A stretch of DNA of 64,000 bases, taken from the NCBI GenBank assembly GCA_002344825.1, contig DDUN01000006.1, positions 9,816 through 73,815 of the forward strand. Direction: 5' to 3'. The notes under the pieces were generated by a model. The model saw only the letters and a program-made list of their open reading frames with translations. It had not been told where the DNA came from and made no database searches. Position 1 is the first letter of the stretch. Every line of letters starts with the position of its first letter. Source of the DNA: Candidatus Multiplicimicrobium inquinatum (GTDB lineage: Bacteria > Omnitrophota > Omnitrophia > Omnitrophales > Aquincolibacteriaceae). The position numbers were made by a program, and so were the translations under genes. This document shows positions 1 to 10,283 of the stretch, in pieces.

Positions 1-933
1 ACTCAGCGAGTTGATTTGCGCGTTTGTAACCGTAAAGTGATGGAAAGTTTGATTCAATGCGGCGCTTTCGACGAATTAGGCTTTCATCGTTCTCAGTTGA
101 TGTCGCAATTAGATTCCGTGCTTGATGCCGGAGCGCAGATCCAAAAAGATAAAAGCTTGGGACAAATGTCTTTTTTTGGAAGCGGAGAAAGCGATTTTGG
201 ATCGGTGCATGATCCGATGCCGGATATTCCGGAGTGGCCTGAGGGGCAAAAGCTGGCTTATGAACGGGAATTGATCGGGTTTTATATCTCCGCGCATCCG
301 CTTTCCAAATATTCGAAGATTCTTAAAAATTATGCGACGCATAACACCGAGACTTTGGCGGAAATTACGATCATGAAACCCGCTGCCGCGCCGCCGCCTG
401 TTTTCTTTCGCGGTGAACGGCAAAAAACCGGGCCCGATGTTTCGATTGGCGGCGTGATTGATTCCGTGCGGGAAATTCTTACCAAAAAGGGCGACAAGAT
501 GGCCTTTGTGCAGCTGCAGGATTTGTATGGTAATTGTGAGGTGGTTGTTTTTCCTAAAGTTTATCAGCAGTTTTTACCGCTCATTCGTAAAGACGAGTTG
601 GTTTTTATTAAGGGTAAAGCGGATGCACGGGATGAGACGCCCAAAGTTTTGGTGGATGAAATTGTAAAAATGGAAGAAGTGCAGCAAAAGTTTACCAAGC
701 AAGTGATGGTGGATCTTCAAACCACAGGGTTGGTTCCTGAACTTTTGGGTGAGATTAAAACGATTTTGCAGAAGCATAAGGGCAAAACTCCCGTCATGAT
801 CGCTTTTCGTGACCCGAAGGGGAAACGGGCGGTTATTGATGCCGGTGTAGGGCTCATGGTGGATACGAACGACGCGTTATTTGATGATTTAGAAGCATTG
901 CTTGGCGAAAACTCAGTCAAAATTTCTGCCTAA
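1..933 (+). CDS. dnaE: DNA polymerase III alpha subunit, C-terminal part (5' end lies outside the window)
   Basis: The open frame runs to base 1 with no stop. The translation (VMESLIQCGAFDELGF... OB-fold tail) is typical of a DnaE C-terminus. Confidence 0.8.
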   Translation, partial: TQRVDLRVCNRKVMESLIQCGAFDELGFHRSQLMSQLDSVLDAGAQIQKDKSLGQMSFFGSGESDFGSVHDPMPDIPEWPEGQKLAYERELIGFYISAHPLSKYSKILKNYATHNTETLAEITIMKPAAAPPPVFFRGERQKTGPDVSIGGVIDSVREILTKKGDKMAFVQLQDLYGNCEVVVFPKVYQQFLPLIRKDELVFIKGKADARDETPKVLVDEIVKMEEVQQKFTKQVMVDLQTTGLVPELLGEIKTILQKHKGKTPVMIAFRDPKGKRAVIDAGVGLMVDTNDALFDDLEALLGENSVKISA

Positions 934-965
934 TTTTTTTTGATTTATTTGAACGGGAGAGTCGA

Positions 966-1688
966 ATGCGGATTTTGATCGGAACGTGGTTAGGGCTGTT
1001 CTTTTTTTGTTTGTCTCCGGTTATTGAGGCCGCAACGGAGAACGCCCCGTCTTTCCCCCGGCTTTACTTGAATGACCAATCAGAAACACCCACTATTCAG
1101 GCGCTTTCCGGTCTTGCGACACGCCCTTTGAGGCTTTTAGTTCAGCGCAATAATAAATCCCATCACGATGCTTTAATGCAGCCCTATGCACTTGGGGCTT
1201 TCTTTGGAGATGATCTGCGCATTGAAATGGCTGCGCCTGAGAAAGGAATGAGCGTAACGCTTTATAAGATTTTTCGGGAACCCCGGGGGGAACGCTATTT
1301 GAGCATGCCGGTTTCGATATATTACGGAGATGCTAGCCCAGCGGTTTATGAGGAAAAAATAAAACCATTCCGCGAACAGTTTTTTATTGTTGTCTACGAA
1401 GAAACTCATTCATCTGATGTCAAGAATCAGCACATCCGTTATTTTGAAGAGCGCCCGCGAAAACTTGCGATTACTTCGTTTAGAACTAATTGGATGCTGT
1501 CTTCGCTGAAATTTAAGATGAGGGATTTTGCTGCGGGTGATTCGCGCGGATCCTTTACGGAGAGCGCGCAAGATTTGGTTGATAAATTAATCAATCCCAA
1601 ACGAATTTATATGCTACGGCTTTGGGCGAAGGGAACGGATAATTCCAACACTTCTTCAATTATTCCGATTGAGAAAACACATGAATAG
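966..1688 (+). CDS. hypothetical secreted protein (N-terminal signal peptide)
   Basis: ORF of 240 aa with a hydrophobic N-terminus, LGLFFFCLSPVIEAA. I recognise no family. Confidence 0.5.
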   Translation: MRILIGTWLGLFFFCLSPVIEAATENAPSFPRLYLNDQSETPTIQALSGLATRPLRLLVQRNNKSHHDALMQPYALGAFFGDDLRIEMAAPEKGMSVTLYKIFREPRGERYLSMPVSIYYGDASPAVYEEKIKPFREQFFIVVYEETHSSDVKNQHIRYFEERPRKLAITSFRTNWMLSSLKFKMRDFAAGDSRGSFTESAQDLVDKLINPKRIYMLRLWAKGTDNSNTSSIIPIEKTHE

Positions 1689-2271
1689 CGCCGCGGCGTT
1701 TTCTTTTGTGAATCTGGAGCAAGGCACGCAGGCTTGGCTCGACTGGCGGTTTGAGGGTATTGGGGCATCTGATGCGCCCGCGATTATGGGCGAGAATCCA
1801 TGGAAAAGCCGCACGAAATTGATGCGTGAAAAACGCGAACGAACCAAGGTGAAGCTGAACGCGGCCATGCGGAGGGGAATGGAATTAGAGCCTGTTGCCC
1901 GTGAGCGGTATGAAAATCACTTTGGATTGAAAGTGGTGCCGGCTTGTCTTCAAAGTAATCATCATCCTTGGATGCGGGCCAGTGTGGATGGTCTGTCTCA
2001 TTGCGGGAACATCGTGATTGAAATTAAATGCGGGGAGGGGGCTTACTGGGTCTCTTCCGCCACCGGAAAGGTTCCGGATTATTACATGGGGCAGCTACAG
2101 CATATTCTTGCGGTAACCGGGCTTTTAGCGATCGATTATTGGTGTTATATGCCCGAAAAGCCCGCAATTCACATCCGGGTTGAGAGAGATGATTCCTACA
2201 TTCAAAAAATGATTGAGCTTGAGCGAAGCTTTTGGGAAGAATTTAAGCAAAATCAGCCCTCCAGCCTTTGA
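1669..2271 (+). CDS. YqaJ-like viral-recombinase-type exonuclease (PD-(D/E)XK)
   Basis: The N-terminal motif QGTQAWLDWRFEGIGASDAPAIMG and a later EIKC (ExK) are typical of the YqaJ/lambda-exonuclease fold. It overlaps the upstream ORF by 20 nt. Confidence 0.6.
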   Translation: MRKHMNSAAAFSFVNLEQGTQAWLDWRFEGIGASDAPAIMGENPWKSRTKLMREKRERTKVKLNAAMRRGMELEPVARERYENHFGLKVVPACLQSNHHPWMRASVDGLSHCGNIVIEIKCGEGAYWVSSATGKVPDYYMGQLQHILAVTGLLAIDYWCYMPEKPAIHIRVERDDSYIQKMIELERSFWEEFKQNQPSSL

Positions 2272-2434
2272 ATCAGACTTGCTTTTAAGAAAACAGCCGT
2301 TTATAGACGATATAGATGTAAAGCTAGGCTAAGTCGGGGGTTATGAATAAAACCATCTTGACAAGGCTAATTAGCTTTGTTAGGCTTCTCCCGCTCCTAC
2401 TATTTTTTTGATATAACCTAGGGAGGTGAGATTC

Positions 2435-2713
2435 ATGACTGTGACAAAAAAAGACATTGTCATGCGTGTTTCAAATGAAACCAATCTGACTCAGCAGGAT
2501 GTCAAAAAAATCGTACAGAAAACTTTAGACATTATTCTTGAAAGCTTGGAACGGGGCGATACCGTTGAGCTTCGTAATTTTGGTGTGTTTAAAGTGAAGA
2601 TTCGGCGCGGGAGAATCGGCCGTAATCCAAGGACCGGTCAGGAAGTGGCCGTCCCTGAAAAGAAAGTGGTCGTTTTCAAGCCCGGATTGATCGCGAAACA
2701 ACGGGTAAAGTGA
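2435..2713 (+). CDS. HU/IHF family DNA-binding protein
   Basis: The RBS GGGAGGTGA precedes an ATG at 2435. The sequence ...GDTVELRNFGVFKVKIRRGRIGRNPRTGQEV... is the HU/IHF beta-arm signature. Confidence 0.85.
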   Translation: MTVTKKDIVMRVSNETNLTQQDVKKIVQKTLDIILESLERGDTVELRNFGVFKVKIRRGRIGRNPRTGQEVAVPEKKVVVFKPGLIAKQRVK

Positions 2714-2767
2714 TTTTTTGGCTTTCTTAGTTGAGAGTCTCATAACCCGAAGGACAAAGAGGAATTT

Positions 2768-3022
2768 ATGGCGGAAAAAGGTAAAGTAAAATGGTTTTCA
2801 AATTTAAAAGGATTCGGCTTTCTTCAAAAGGAAGGCGATGAGAAGGACATATTCGTTCATTATTCCTTTGTTCAGGGTGACGGTTATAAAAAACTTAAAG
2901 CCGGTGACGAAGTTGATTTTGACATTGAAGATACCGGCAAAGGTCCTCAAGCCCGCAATGTTGTTCGTACCAAAAAAGCCGAAAAGCCGGCTGAATCTAA
3001 AGAAGAAGGCAAAAAGAAATAA
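2768..3022 (+). CDS. cold-shock domain protein (CspA family) with a lysine-rich C-terminal tail
   Basis: [17 protein letters not shown]...FVHYS matches the RNP1/RNP2 cold-shock motifs. Confidence 0.85.
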   Translation: MAEKGKVKWFSNLKGFGFLQKEGDEKDIFVHYSFVQGDGYKKLKAGDEVDFDIEDTGKGPQARNVVRTKKAEKPAESKEEGKKK

Positions 3023-3071
3023 TTGGGCGTTTGAGCCCGTTGGCTTCTTGGTCCCTCGGGAGATTTAGCGG

Positions 3072-3857
3072 ATGCCTTCTCACAATGATTCTGCTTCTTC
3101 TCGACGTCTTCGAAGGCTCTATTCCAATCAAGATCTTGATCTAGCTAAGACCATTTCTCTTTCCGCGGAAGAATCCCGTCATGCCCTTAAAAGTTTGCGG
3201 CTTCAGCCGGGTGATACCTGCCTGATCGCAAACGGCAAAGGCTGGGAAGCGGAAGCTGTTCTCCGCTCAACCGAGCATGACCTTGCTCAATTTCAGATTC
3301 TTGCTTGCCGTCATGAGCAACGCGGTTTTTCCTTGCCCGTAACTGTTTTACCTGCTTTGATCAAAAAAGGTAAAATGGACACCTTAGTTGAAAAAGCACA
3401 GGAGTTTGGCGCGGCAAATTTTCAGCCTCTTTTATGTGAGCGCAGTGATTATGATATTGCGGCGGATCGTTTTGAAGCTGTCGCGTCCCGGTGGGATAAA
3501 ATCGCTAAAGAAGCGGCGAAACAGTCCGGGTCGTCTCAAGCGCTTCAAATTAACGCGCCCATCAAATTTGATAAGATGCTGGCTGGGTTAAATACGGAAA
3601 ATCTTGTTTTGTTGTTTCATACGCAGGCTCCGGCGCAGGACTGGGTACTGCAGGCGCGTGAATTGTCTAAGAAAGAAAAATCTTTTTCCGGTATTACCGT
3701 GCTTATTGGGCCTGAGGGCGGATTTTCACAGAAAGAAATTCAAATGGCTTTAGACTGCGGGCATCCCTGCCTTAAAATTGTTTCAATGGGAAAAACTGTT
3801 TTAAAAGCGGATACGGCTTTTGTGGCCGCTTTGGCAGGTATTTCTTTTTTTATCTAA
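3072..3857 (+). CDS. rsmE: 16S rRNA (uracil1498-N3)-methyltransferase RsmE
   Basis: Carries the RsmE-family C-terminal motif ITVLIGPEGGFSQKEI... Confidence 0.7.
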   Translation: MPSHNDSASSRRLRRLYSNQDLDLAKTISLSAEESRHALKSLRLQPGDTCLIANGKGWEAEAVLRSTEHDLAQFQILACRHEQRGFSLPVTVLPALIKKGKMDTLVEKAQEFGAANFQPLLCERSDYDIAADRFEAVASRWDKIAKEAAKQSGSSQALQINAPIKFDKMLAGLNTENLVLLFHTQAPAQDWVLQARELSKKEKSFSGITVLIGPEGGFSQKEIQMALDCGHPCLKIVSMGKTVLKADTAFVAALAGISFFI

Positions 3858-3858
3858 T

Positions 3859-5211
3859 ATGAATTCAAAACAACAATCCGTTAAATTTGTGACACTGGGC
3901 TGCAAGGTAAACCAGTATGAGACGCAAGCCATGGCGGAAAGCCTTGCCGTGAAGAACATCAAGCAGGTGGAAGGTGCTCCCTGTGATTATGTCGTCGTGA
4001 ATACCTGCACGGTTACGGCTGATGCTGATCGTAACAATCGCTATTGGATTCGACGCATGAAGCGCGAAAACCCTGCCGCGCAATTGGTTGTGACCGGCTG
4101 TTATGTCGAGAAAAACCGTGCTGAACTTGAAGCCATGCCTGAGATTGATTTGATTCTTTCCAATTATGAAAAAGACAAACTGCATGAGAAAATTTTTGAA
4201 GGATGCGGCACCGAAACCATTCAGACGTCTCCGGATAAAACCCGTTTCGCTGAGCTTGCTGTTTCCGCTCCGCAGGGAGGCGGAACCCGCGCGTTTGTCA
4301 AAATTCAGGATGGTTGCAACCATTCCTGTGCTTTCTGCAAGGTCGTGCTGGTGCGCGGTCGTTCACGCAGCCGCGAACTGAAAAGTATTGTCGAAGAGGT
4401 GAAGCGGCTTGCCGAAGGCGGATATCGGGAGGTTGTTTTTGCCGGCATCCAACTTGGGGCTTATGGTTTGGATTATGAATCTCCGGAGCATTTCCGCAAT
4501 CCGTCGGCTCGCGATCATTATTTTTTGACGGATGCGATCGAGGCCGCGGCGGAAGTAAAAGGGATTGAGCGGATTCGCCTCAGTTCGATTGAACCGATTG
4601 ATATCGGTGAACCTTTGATTCAATGTTTTGAGCGGGTAAAAAAGTTTTGTCCCCAAATGCATATTCCATTACAAAGCGGTGACACGGAAATTTTGGCGTT
4701 AATGAACCGCCGCTACTCAGGTGAATTCTATCGTGACCTCATTTTAAAACTTCGTCAGAGAATCCCTGATTTTGAGCTGACATTGGACGTTATGGCCGGC
4801 TTTCCAGGAGAAGAGGCGCGGCATTTTGAAAACACAGTAAAACTATTGGAAGAAATTCAGCCGCTGAAATGCCATGTTTTTCCCTATAGCCGCCGGGAGG
4901 GAACTCGCGCCGCGTCAATGACGGATGTGGCACCGCATTTAATCCGTGAACGAGTCCAGCAGCTTATTGGTCTTTCGCAGCAATGGAGTGAAGCTCGTTT
5001 GCGTCTTTATCTTGGCCGTGAGCTTGATGTTTTGGTTGAGAGGCCGCGCGAGCAAAATGGTTTTTATGAAGGCATGGCTGCCAACTATGTCCGTGTTTGT
5101 TTCCCTGCATCTCAGAAAATGGACGGACAAATTGCGCGCGTCCGATGCTTGGCGGTTGAAAACGGAATCATCCTCGGAAAGCTTGTGCCCGAAGAAGTGA
5201 AACATGGATAG
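3859..5211 (+). CDS. mtaB: radical-SAM tRNA methylthiotransferase (MtaB/MiaB-like)
   Basis: Has an N-terminal MTTase domain (VTLGCKVNQYETQ...VVNTCTV), a radical SAM CNHSCAFC motif and a C-terminal TRAM-like region. The ATG at 3859 lies 2 nt after the rsmE stop. Confidence 0.7.
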   Translation: MNSKQQSVKFVTLGCKVNQYETQAMAESLAVKNIKQVEGAPCDYVVVNTCTVTADADRNNRYWIRRMKRENPAAQLVVTGCYVEKNRAELEAMPEIDLILSNYEKDKLHEKIFEGCGTETIQTSPDKTRFAELAVSAPQGGGTRAFVKIQDGCNHSCAFCKVVLVRGRSRSRELKSIVEEVKRLAEGGYREVVFAGIQLGAYGLDYESPEHFRNPSARDHYFLTDAIEAAAEVKGIERIRLSSIEPIDIGEPLIQCFERVKKFCPQMHIPLQSGDTEILALMNRRYSGEFYRDLILKLRQRIPDFELTLDVMAGFPGEEARHFENTVKLLEEIQPLKCHVFPYSRREGTRAASMTDVAPHLIRERVQQLIGLSQQWSEARLRLYLGRELDVLVERPREQNGFYEGMAANYVRVCFPASQKMDGQIARVRCLAVENGIILGKLVPEEVKHG

Positions 5212-5779
5212 TATCCGTCATTTTTTTCAAATGCTCTCGGCTTGGAAGTTTTGGTATGACCTTTTTCATGGATTTGCCTGGCTGGATTGGGTTCTTTTTG
5301 TTGCGGCTTTTGCGCTGATTGTTGTTGGTGTTTATCGCGGGTTTGGATTTCTTTTTGCTAAGCTGATCTATGTGTTTGCGATGGCCGTCGGCGTTACTTT
5401 GGTTTACCCGTGGATTGCGGAGGGAGCCATCCGTTATTTATCTTTTGCGAAAGCGGGCTTTTGGAATCCGGTGTGCTTTGCTCTGGTGGGAGTCGCATTT
5501 TTTTACCTTTTTAAAAAACTAGCCTTGCTTCAATCTAAAAAAATGACGCCTTCTTTTCACCCCTTTTGGGATAGAGTTATCGGCGCAGTGATCGGCTTTT
5601 TCTTTGCGTTGCTTTTGATTAGTTTTGTTTCGCAGTTTTTTTTGCTGTTGCCTTCAAAGTCGATCGCGAAGCTTTATGGTTCGCACGGAGCGCGTTATGG
5701 CATTGTTTTAAGGCAGTTTGTCCCGAAGGTGGTTGATTCGGCTTTGACGCCGGTTCGGCTCATCGTAAACCGGAAATAA
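5204..5779 (+). CDS. cvpA: CvpA family membrane protein
   Basis: Shows four predicted TM helices and the CvpA-like N-terminus (WLDWVLFVAAFALIVVGVYRGF). Confidence 0.6.
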   Translation: MDSIRHFFQMLSAWKFWYDLFHGFAWLDWVLFVAAFALIVVGVYRGFGFLFAKLIYVFAMAVGVTLVYPWIAEGAIRYLSFAKAGFWNPVCFALVGVAFFYLFKKLALLQSKKMTPSFHPFWDRVIGAVIGFFFALLLISFVSQFFLLLPSKSIAKLYGSHGARYGIVLRQFVPKVVDSALTPVRLIVNRK

Positions 5780-5786
5780 TTATTTT

Positions 5787-7595
5787 ATGAAATATGGCGA
5801 AGACATTATCCGGCGGGTGGCTTCCTCGAATGACATTGTTGATGTTATTTCCGAGTATGTTCCGCTTAAGAAATCGGGCAAGCACTTCAAAGGTATTTCA
5901 CCGTTTACGCAGGAAAAAACACCTTCTTTTTTCGTTTCTTCGGACAAACAGCTGTTTCATTGTTTTTCAAGCGGCGTCGGCGGCGATGTTTTTACTTTTT
6001 TGATGAAGGTAGAAAATTTTGGATTTCAGGAGGCTTTGAAAAAGCTTGCCGATCGTGCACGCATTCCTTTGCCCGAGCCCGATGGCCGTGAAAGGCGCGA
6101 TGGCGGTAAACGCGAAAAAATGTTCGAAGCCTGTTCTCTCACCGCGGATTTTTTTCAAAAGCAGCTGCTTTCTCCTTCAGGCCAATCCGGCCGTGATTAT
6201 TTGGCGAAGCGCGGTGTCAGCGAAGAAATGATCAAATTATTTCAAGTGGGCTGGGCCCCGGCGGATTGGCGCGTGCTTTTGACTTATTTGCAGTCCAAGG
6301 GAATTCCGGACGCGATTGCCGAAGAAGCGGCTTTGGTAAAAAAATCACCCAAGGGGCATCTTTATGATGTTTTTCGCGGGCGCGTGATGTTTCCGATTAA
6401 AAATGCGCAGGACAAAATTATTGCCTTTGGCGGAAGAAAAATAGGTGATGAAGAAGGCCCAAAATATTTAAACAGTCCTGAGAGTCCAATCTTTTCAAAA
6501 AAGCAGGAATTGTTTGGACTTCATTTAGCTCGAAAGAGCATTGATGAAGTTTGGCGTCATATGATTTTGGTTGAGGGTTACATGGATGCGGTAACGCTTT
6601 ATCAGTTTGGATTTAAAAACGTTGTGGCGACCTTGGGAACAGCTTTGGGAGAAAGTCATGCCAGAATTTTGAAACGCTATGTGGATGAGGTTGTCGTGCT
6701 TTATGACGGTGATGTCGCGGGGCAGAACGCGGCAATGCGGGGGCTTGAAATTTTACTGGAAGCGGAATTGCATGTGCGCGTGATTGTTTTGCCGGACGGA
6801 CTTGATCCGGATGACTATTTGAAAAAATATGGGCATGATGCCTTGAAAGAAGTGATTAAGAATTCGCCCGATTTTTTAAAGTTCAAGCTGGATGCAATGC
6901 TTAAAAATTACTCGAAGACCGATCCGATGGGGATTGTCAAAATGACGAATGAGTTGATGGAAACTTTTTTGAAGGTGAAGAATGAAGTTTTGCTTTCCAG
7001 TTATTTTAAGCGGTTAGCTGAGGAGCTGAGAATTGATGAATCGTCTTTGAGGCGGGAATTTTATTTGCTGAAGCAAAAAACAGAAGGCCGCCGTCCTGTG
7101 CCTGGAGCGGAGAGAAAAGAACAGGAGGCGAAGCGGAATCTTCAGCCGGTCGCAAGAGCGGAAGAAGTGATGCTACTGGCGCTTATGTTTTCGGATGAGT
7201 TTTTCCGCAAGGAGGGTGTTTTACAAATTAAGCCCTCCGACTGGACCGATGAGGACGCGCGGGTTTTATTCGAGCAGCTGGTTAATACGGTTAAGTTGGG
7301 AGCTAAGCCCTCCATGGCAATGATTCTTCCTTTGTTACAAAGTGAGGCCTTCAGGGGGCGTTTGACACGCACGATTGCCTTTTTGGATGAAGTTGAGGAC
7401 AAGCCGGCCATGTGGCGCGACTGTTTTGGACAAATGCGCGGGCGCCAAACGCAAAGCAGGCTGGATGAGCTGCGTGAGTTAATCGTGCAAGCCGAGAAAA
7501 ACCAGCTTTCAGGACAGTTGCAGACTTATTTGGCGGAGTATCAAGCCTTGCTTCAGAAGGGCAAGCAAAAGCCCCCCGAGACAAACCACCCGTAA
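5787..7595 (+). CDS. dnaG: DNA primase
   Basis: The CHC2 zinc finger (HCFSSGVGGDVFTFLM) and Toprim motifs (EGYMDAVTL, LYDGDVAG) are present. Confidence 0.9.
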   Translation: MKYGEDIIRRVASSNDIVDVISEYVPLKKSGKHFKGISPFTQEKTPSFFVSSDKQLFHCFSSGVGGDVFTFLMKVENFGFQEALKKLADRARIPLPEPDGRERRDGGKREKMFEACSLTADFFQKQLLSPSGQSGRDYLAKRGVSEEMIKLFQVGWAPADWRVLLTYLQSKGIPDAIAEEAALVKKSPKGHLYDVFRGRVMFPIKNAQDKIIAFGGRKIGDEEGPKYLNSPESPIFSKKQELFGLHLARKSIDEVWRHMILVEGYMDAVTLYQFGFKNVVATLGTALGESHARILKRYVDEVVVLYDGDVAGQNAAMRGLEILLEAELHVRVIVLPDGLDPDDYLKKYGHDALKEVIKNSPDFLKFKLDAMLKNYSKTDPMGIVKMTNELMETFLKVKNEVLLSSYFKRLAEELRIDESSLRREFYLLKQKTEGRRPVPGAERKEQEAKRNLQPVARAEEVMLLALMFSDEFFRKEGVLQIKPSDWTDEDARVLFEQLVNTVKLGAKPSMAMILPLLQSEAFRGRLTRTIAFLDEVEDKPAMWRDCFGQMRGRQTQSRLDELRELIVQAEKNQLSGQLQTYLAEYQALLQKGKQKPPETNHP

Positions 7596-7754
7596 GACCC
7601 GTCTATTTATTAATTTTTTTTCATGAAATCGTTGTGAAAAGGCTTTCTTTCAGTAACTCGGACTACTATAATGCTGGGTCATTTTACGGGTTAGCCCAAA
7701 AAGGGTCTAACCGGGATAGTTGAGTCGTTTTATTGAGATTGGGAAAAGGATTCC

Positions 7755-9437
7755 ATGACAGCAAAATTAAAAGCTCCGCCTAAGAAAAAAATCGCAAAAG
7801 CGGTTAAAAAATTGCCTTTAAAAAAGGCTGTGAAAGCGGTGGTTACCGTGTCTCCGGCGCAGCAAGCGATTGATGCGAAACTCGCGAAAGTGATTGTCCG
7901 TTTGATCAAAACGGGCATGGAACAAGGCGTGGTGACCATTGAACAGATGAAAAAACAAGTCAAAGGGGACTTGGATAATCCGGATAACGTTGAACGCGTG
8001 ATTAAGGCTCTCGCCAAAGAAAATATTCAGGTTCTTTCCGAAAAAGTAGTTGAGGCGGATAACCGCAAAGAGCGCGATGTAGAGTTGGAAGAAGAAGGCG
8101 CGGCGGATGAAGCCGAAAAAGTCCGCATGGACGACCCTGTCCGCACTTATTTGCGCCAGATGGGACAAATTCCTCTCTTAAAACGTGATGAAGAAATTGC
8201 GCTGGCGAAACGCATTGAGGATCGTGAGCAGGATTTAGCTCGCGCCATTTTTCAATGTAAGGGCGCGCGCTATGAAGTGCTCGAGCTGGCCAAAAAGATT
8301 TCTGAGGGAACCGTTCAAGTTGAATCGATCATTGATCCCGAGCAAGAGCAGGGCGAAGACGAAGCCATGCAGGAAGCCAAGATCAAGGCGATGAAAAAGA
8401 AAATGAAGTCGCTTATTCGTAAACTGCGTGCTTCACGGAAAGATTCGGATATTACCGAGCTTTTGATGAGTTTTAAACTGAGCGTTCAGATGGTGGATAA
8501 GATTCTCGCCAGTCTGCGCGCCAAATATGTTCAGCTCCGTAAAAACCGCGAAGAAATCAAGAAACTTCGTAAGAAGAGCGTCCGTGGCGCGATCGGAAAG
8601 ATCGAAGAGCGCAATAAAGAAATTTTGCATGAGCTCTCCGAGCCCGAAAAAGATTTTGTTGAACGTCTGCGTTTAATCGGAAGAAAAGAAGCTGAGCTAT
8701 CGATCGCCAAAAAAGCGCTTTGTGCCGCGAATTTGCGTTTAGTCGTGAGTATCGCAAAAAAATATACCAATCGCGGTTTATCTTTCCTGGATTTGATTCA
8801 GGAAGGAAACATTGGTTTGATGAAAGCGGTTGATAAGTTTGAATACAAACGCGGCTATAAATTTTCGACTTACGCGACGTGGTGGATTCGTCAGGCCATT
8901 ACGCGTTCGATCGCGGATCAGGCGCGTACGATTCGTATTCCGGTTCACATGATCGAAACGATCAATAAGTTTTTCCGTGCTTCCCGCCACTTAGTTCAGG
9001 AAACCGGCCGTGAGCCGACTCCCGAAGAAGTCGCGCAGTTGATGAAGATGCCGGTTGAAAAGGTAAAAGGCATTTTGAAGATCGCTCAGGAACCAATCAG
9101 TCTTCAAACCCCGATCGGCGATGACGGAGATACCACTTTCGGTGACTTCATTGAAGATAAGTCCGCTGTTTCACCGGCGAATGCCACGGCTTACAGTATG
9201 CTTAAAGAGCAGATGGACGATGTTCTGCTTTCTCTGACTGAACGTGAGGAGAAGGTTCTCCGCTTGCGTTTTGGTATCGGCGACGGATATCCGAGGACAT
9301 TGGAAGAAGTCGGACGCATTTTTAATGTGACTCGTGAGCGTGTGCGTCAGATTGAAGCGAAGGCTTTGCGCAAGCTTCGTCATCCAACTCGGTCAAGAAA
9401 GCTCAAAGGCTTTTTAGAAATCAAGATTAGCGAGTAG
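7755..9437 (+). CDS. rpoD: RNA polymerase sigma-70 factor RpoD
   Basis: Regions 1.2 through 4 are recognisable (TYLRQMG..., [56 protein letters not shown]). The gene lies directly downstream of dnaG. Confidence 0.95.
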   Translation: MTAKLKAPPKKKIAKAVKKLPLKKAVKAVVTVSPAQQAIDAKLAKVIVRLIKTGMEQGVVTIEQMKKQVKGDLDNPDNVERVIKALAKENIQVLSEKVVEADNRKERDVELEEEGAADEAEKVRMDDPVRTYLRQMGQIPLLKRDEEIALAKRIEDREQDLARAIFQCKGARYEVLELAKKISEGTVQVESIIDPEQEQGEDEAMQEAKIKAMKKKMKSLIRKLRASRKDSDITELLMSFKLSVQMVDKILASLRAKYVQLRKNREEIKKLRKKSVRGAIGKIEERNKEILHELSEPEKDFVERLRLIGRKEAELSIAKKALCAANLRLVVSIAKKYTNRGLSFLDLIQEGNIGLMKAVDKFEYKRGYKFSTYATWWIRQAITRSIADQARTIRIPVHMIETINKFFRASRHLVQETGREPTPEEVAQLMKMPVEKVKGILKIAQEPISLQTPIGDDGDTTFGDFIEDKSAVSPANATAYSMLKEQMDDVLLSLTEREEKVLRLRFGIGDGYPRTLEEVGRIFNVTRERVRQIEAKALRKLRHPTRSRKLKGFLEIKISE

Positions 9438-9451
9438 CACTGTTTTTTAAA

Positions 9452-9476
9452 CCTCTGCGCTGATGCGCAACCGGCG
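9452..9476 (+). repeat. short hairpin motif, family 1 copy (CCTCTGCGC-tgat-GCGCAACCGGCG) 15 nt after the rpoD stop
   Basis: Near-identical copies occur at 23616 and 40543. Confidence 0.7.
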
Positions 9477-9501
9477 GTACGCTAGCCGCACCTTAATGTT
9501 T

Positions 9502-9575
<74 letters not shown>

Positions 9576-9588
9576 CTGCATTGTTTTT

Positions 9589-9612
9589 GCTCTGTGGCTT
9601 TGCCACAACCGC
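9589..9612 (+). repeat. short hairpin motif, family 1 copy (gCTCTG-TGTGG-loop-CCACA-ACCGC)
   Basis: Same flanks as the other family-1 copies, with a compensatory stem sequence. Confidence 0.6.
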
Positions 9613-9640
9613 AAGCTTGCCCAGATTCGAAGTTTTAAAA

Positions 9641-9710
9641 AAGAGCCGTCTACGGCGTCAAAATTTCATTCCTTTGTGCGGAGTCGTTTTCACTACACCT
9701 CCGCAGTCAT
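9641..9710 (+). repeat. intergenic repeat, family 2, degenerate copy
   Basis: Carries ...cctttgtgcggagtcgttttcactacacctccgcagtc..., homologous to the copies at 15692, 29826 and 41858. Confidence 0.5.
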
Positions 9711-9815
9711 TCAAATTTTCCTTTTATTCAGGCTTTTTTGAGAAAAATGGTTTGAGATTTTTCGGATTTGAAGTGAGCCGTGACAACATCAGAATTTGAA
9801 TGAGGGAAAACATTG

Positions 9816-9905
9816 GGAGCGGCGAGTGGCTGACCCGCAGCGAACCCGAGCGTTTAGCAAGAGAGTGAGCGAAGGGTGGCGAGTCCAGATAGGTCCATTT
9901 CCTTC
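9816..9905 (+). repeat. intergenic repeat, family 3, copy A (possible small RNA)
   Basis: About 75% identical over ~90 nt to 24136..24235 (ggcgagtggc...gaagcgaaNccgagcgNttagcNagagagNgaNcgNaagg...ggtcc...tttcc). Confidence 0.5.
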
Positions 9906-10186
9906 TGCTATCCCAACCACGCTTCACTTGGGGTTCATAGATTTTTACAACGGTGATGCAGTTAATCCAGCGCATTCTTTTTTAATGCATTTAAAATGTT
10001 TTCCATTTTTGTCGTAAAAACATGTTTGCTTCAAAAATGTAAGACATTCACGTAATTAAAAAATTTAAGTTCAGTTTTTATTGTCGCAGCCGAAACTAAA
10101 TATGGGATGCCGAATTGTTTTTTGGGGCGGGATTTCCTTTTTTTATGAAGAATCGTTTTAGTTCTTTGATTTTTCTAAAAAAAATA

Positions 10187-10214
10187 TTGATTTCATTTTC
10201 GAGATTGGTATGAT
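10187..10214 (+). promoter_or_regulatory. sigma-70-like promoter for the porin gene (TTGATT-N16-TATGAT)
   Basis: The element sits in the AT-rich region about 70 nt upstream of the porin start. Confidence 0.4.
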
Positions 10215-10283
10215 GCTTGCTGTTTGGGTACCGTTCGGGTAACGGCAATTTCCATGTAATTAATTTAACCAAGGAGAGATCGG

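Noticed and set aside
3820-3858. Longer N-terminal extension of the MtaB-like ORF (start at 3820) overlapping the rsmE 3' end
   Set aside because: The ATG at 3859 sits 2 nt after the rsmE stop and the extension (MWPLWQVFLFLSN) has no homology. I chose the shorter start.
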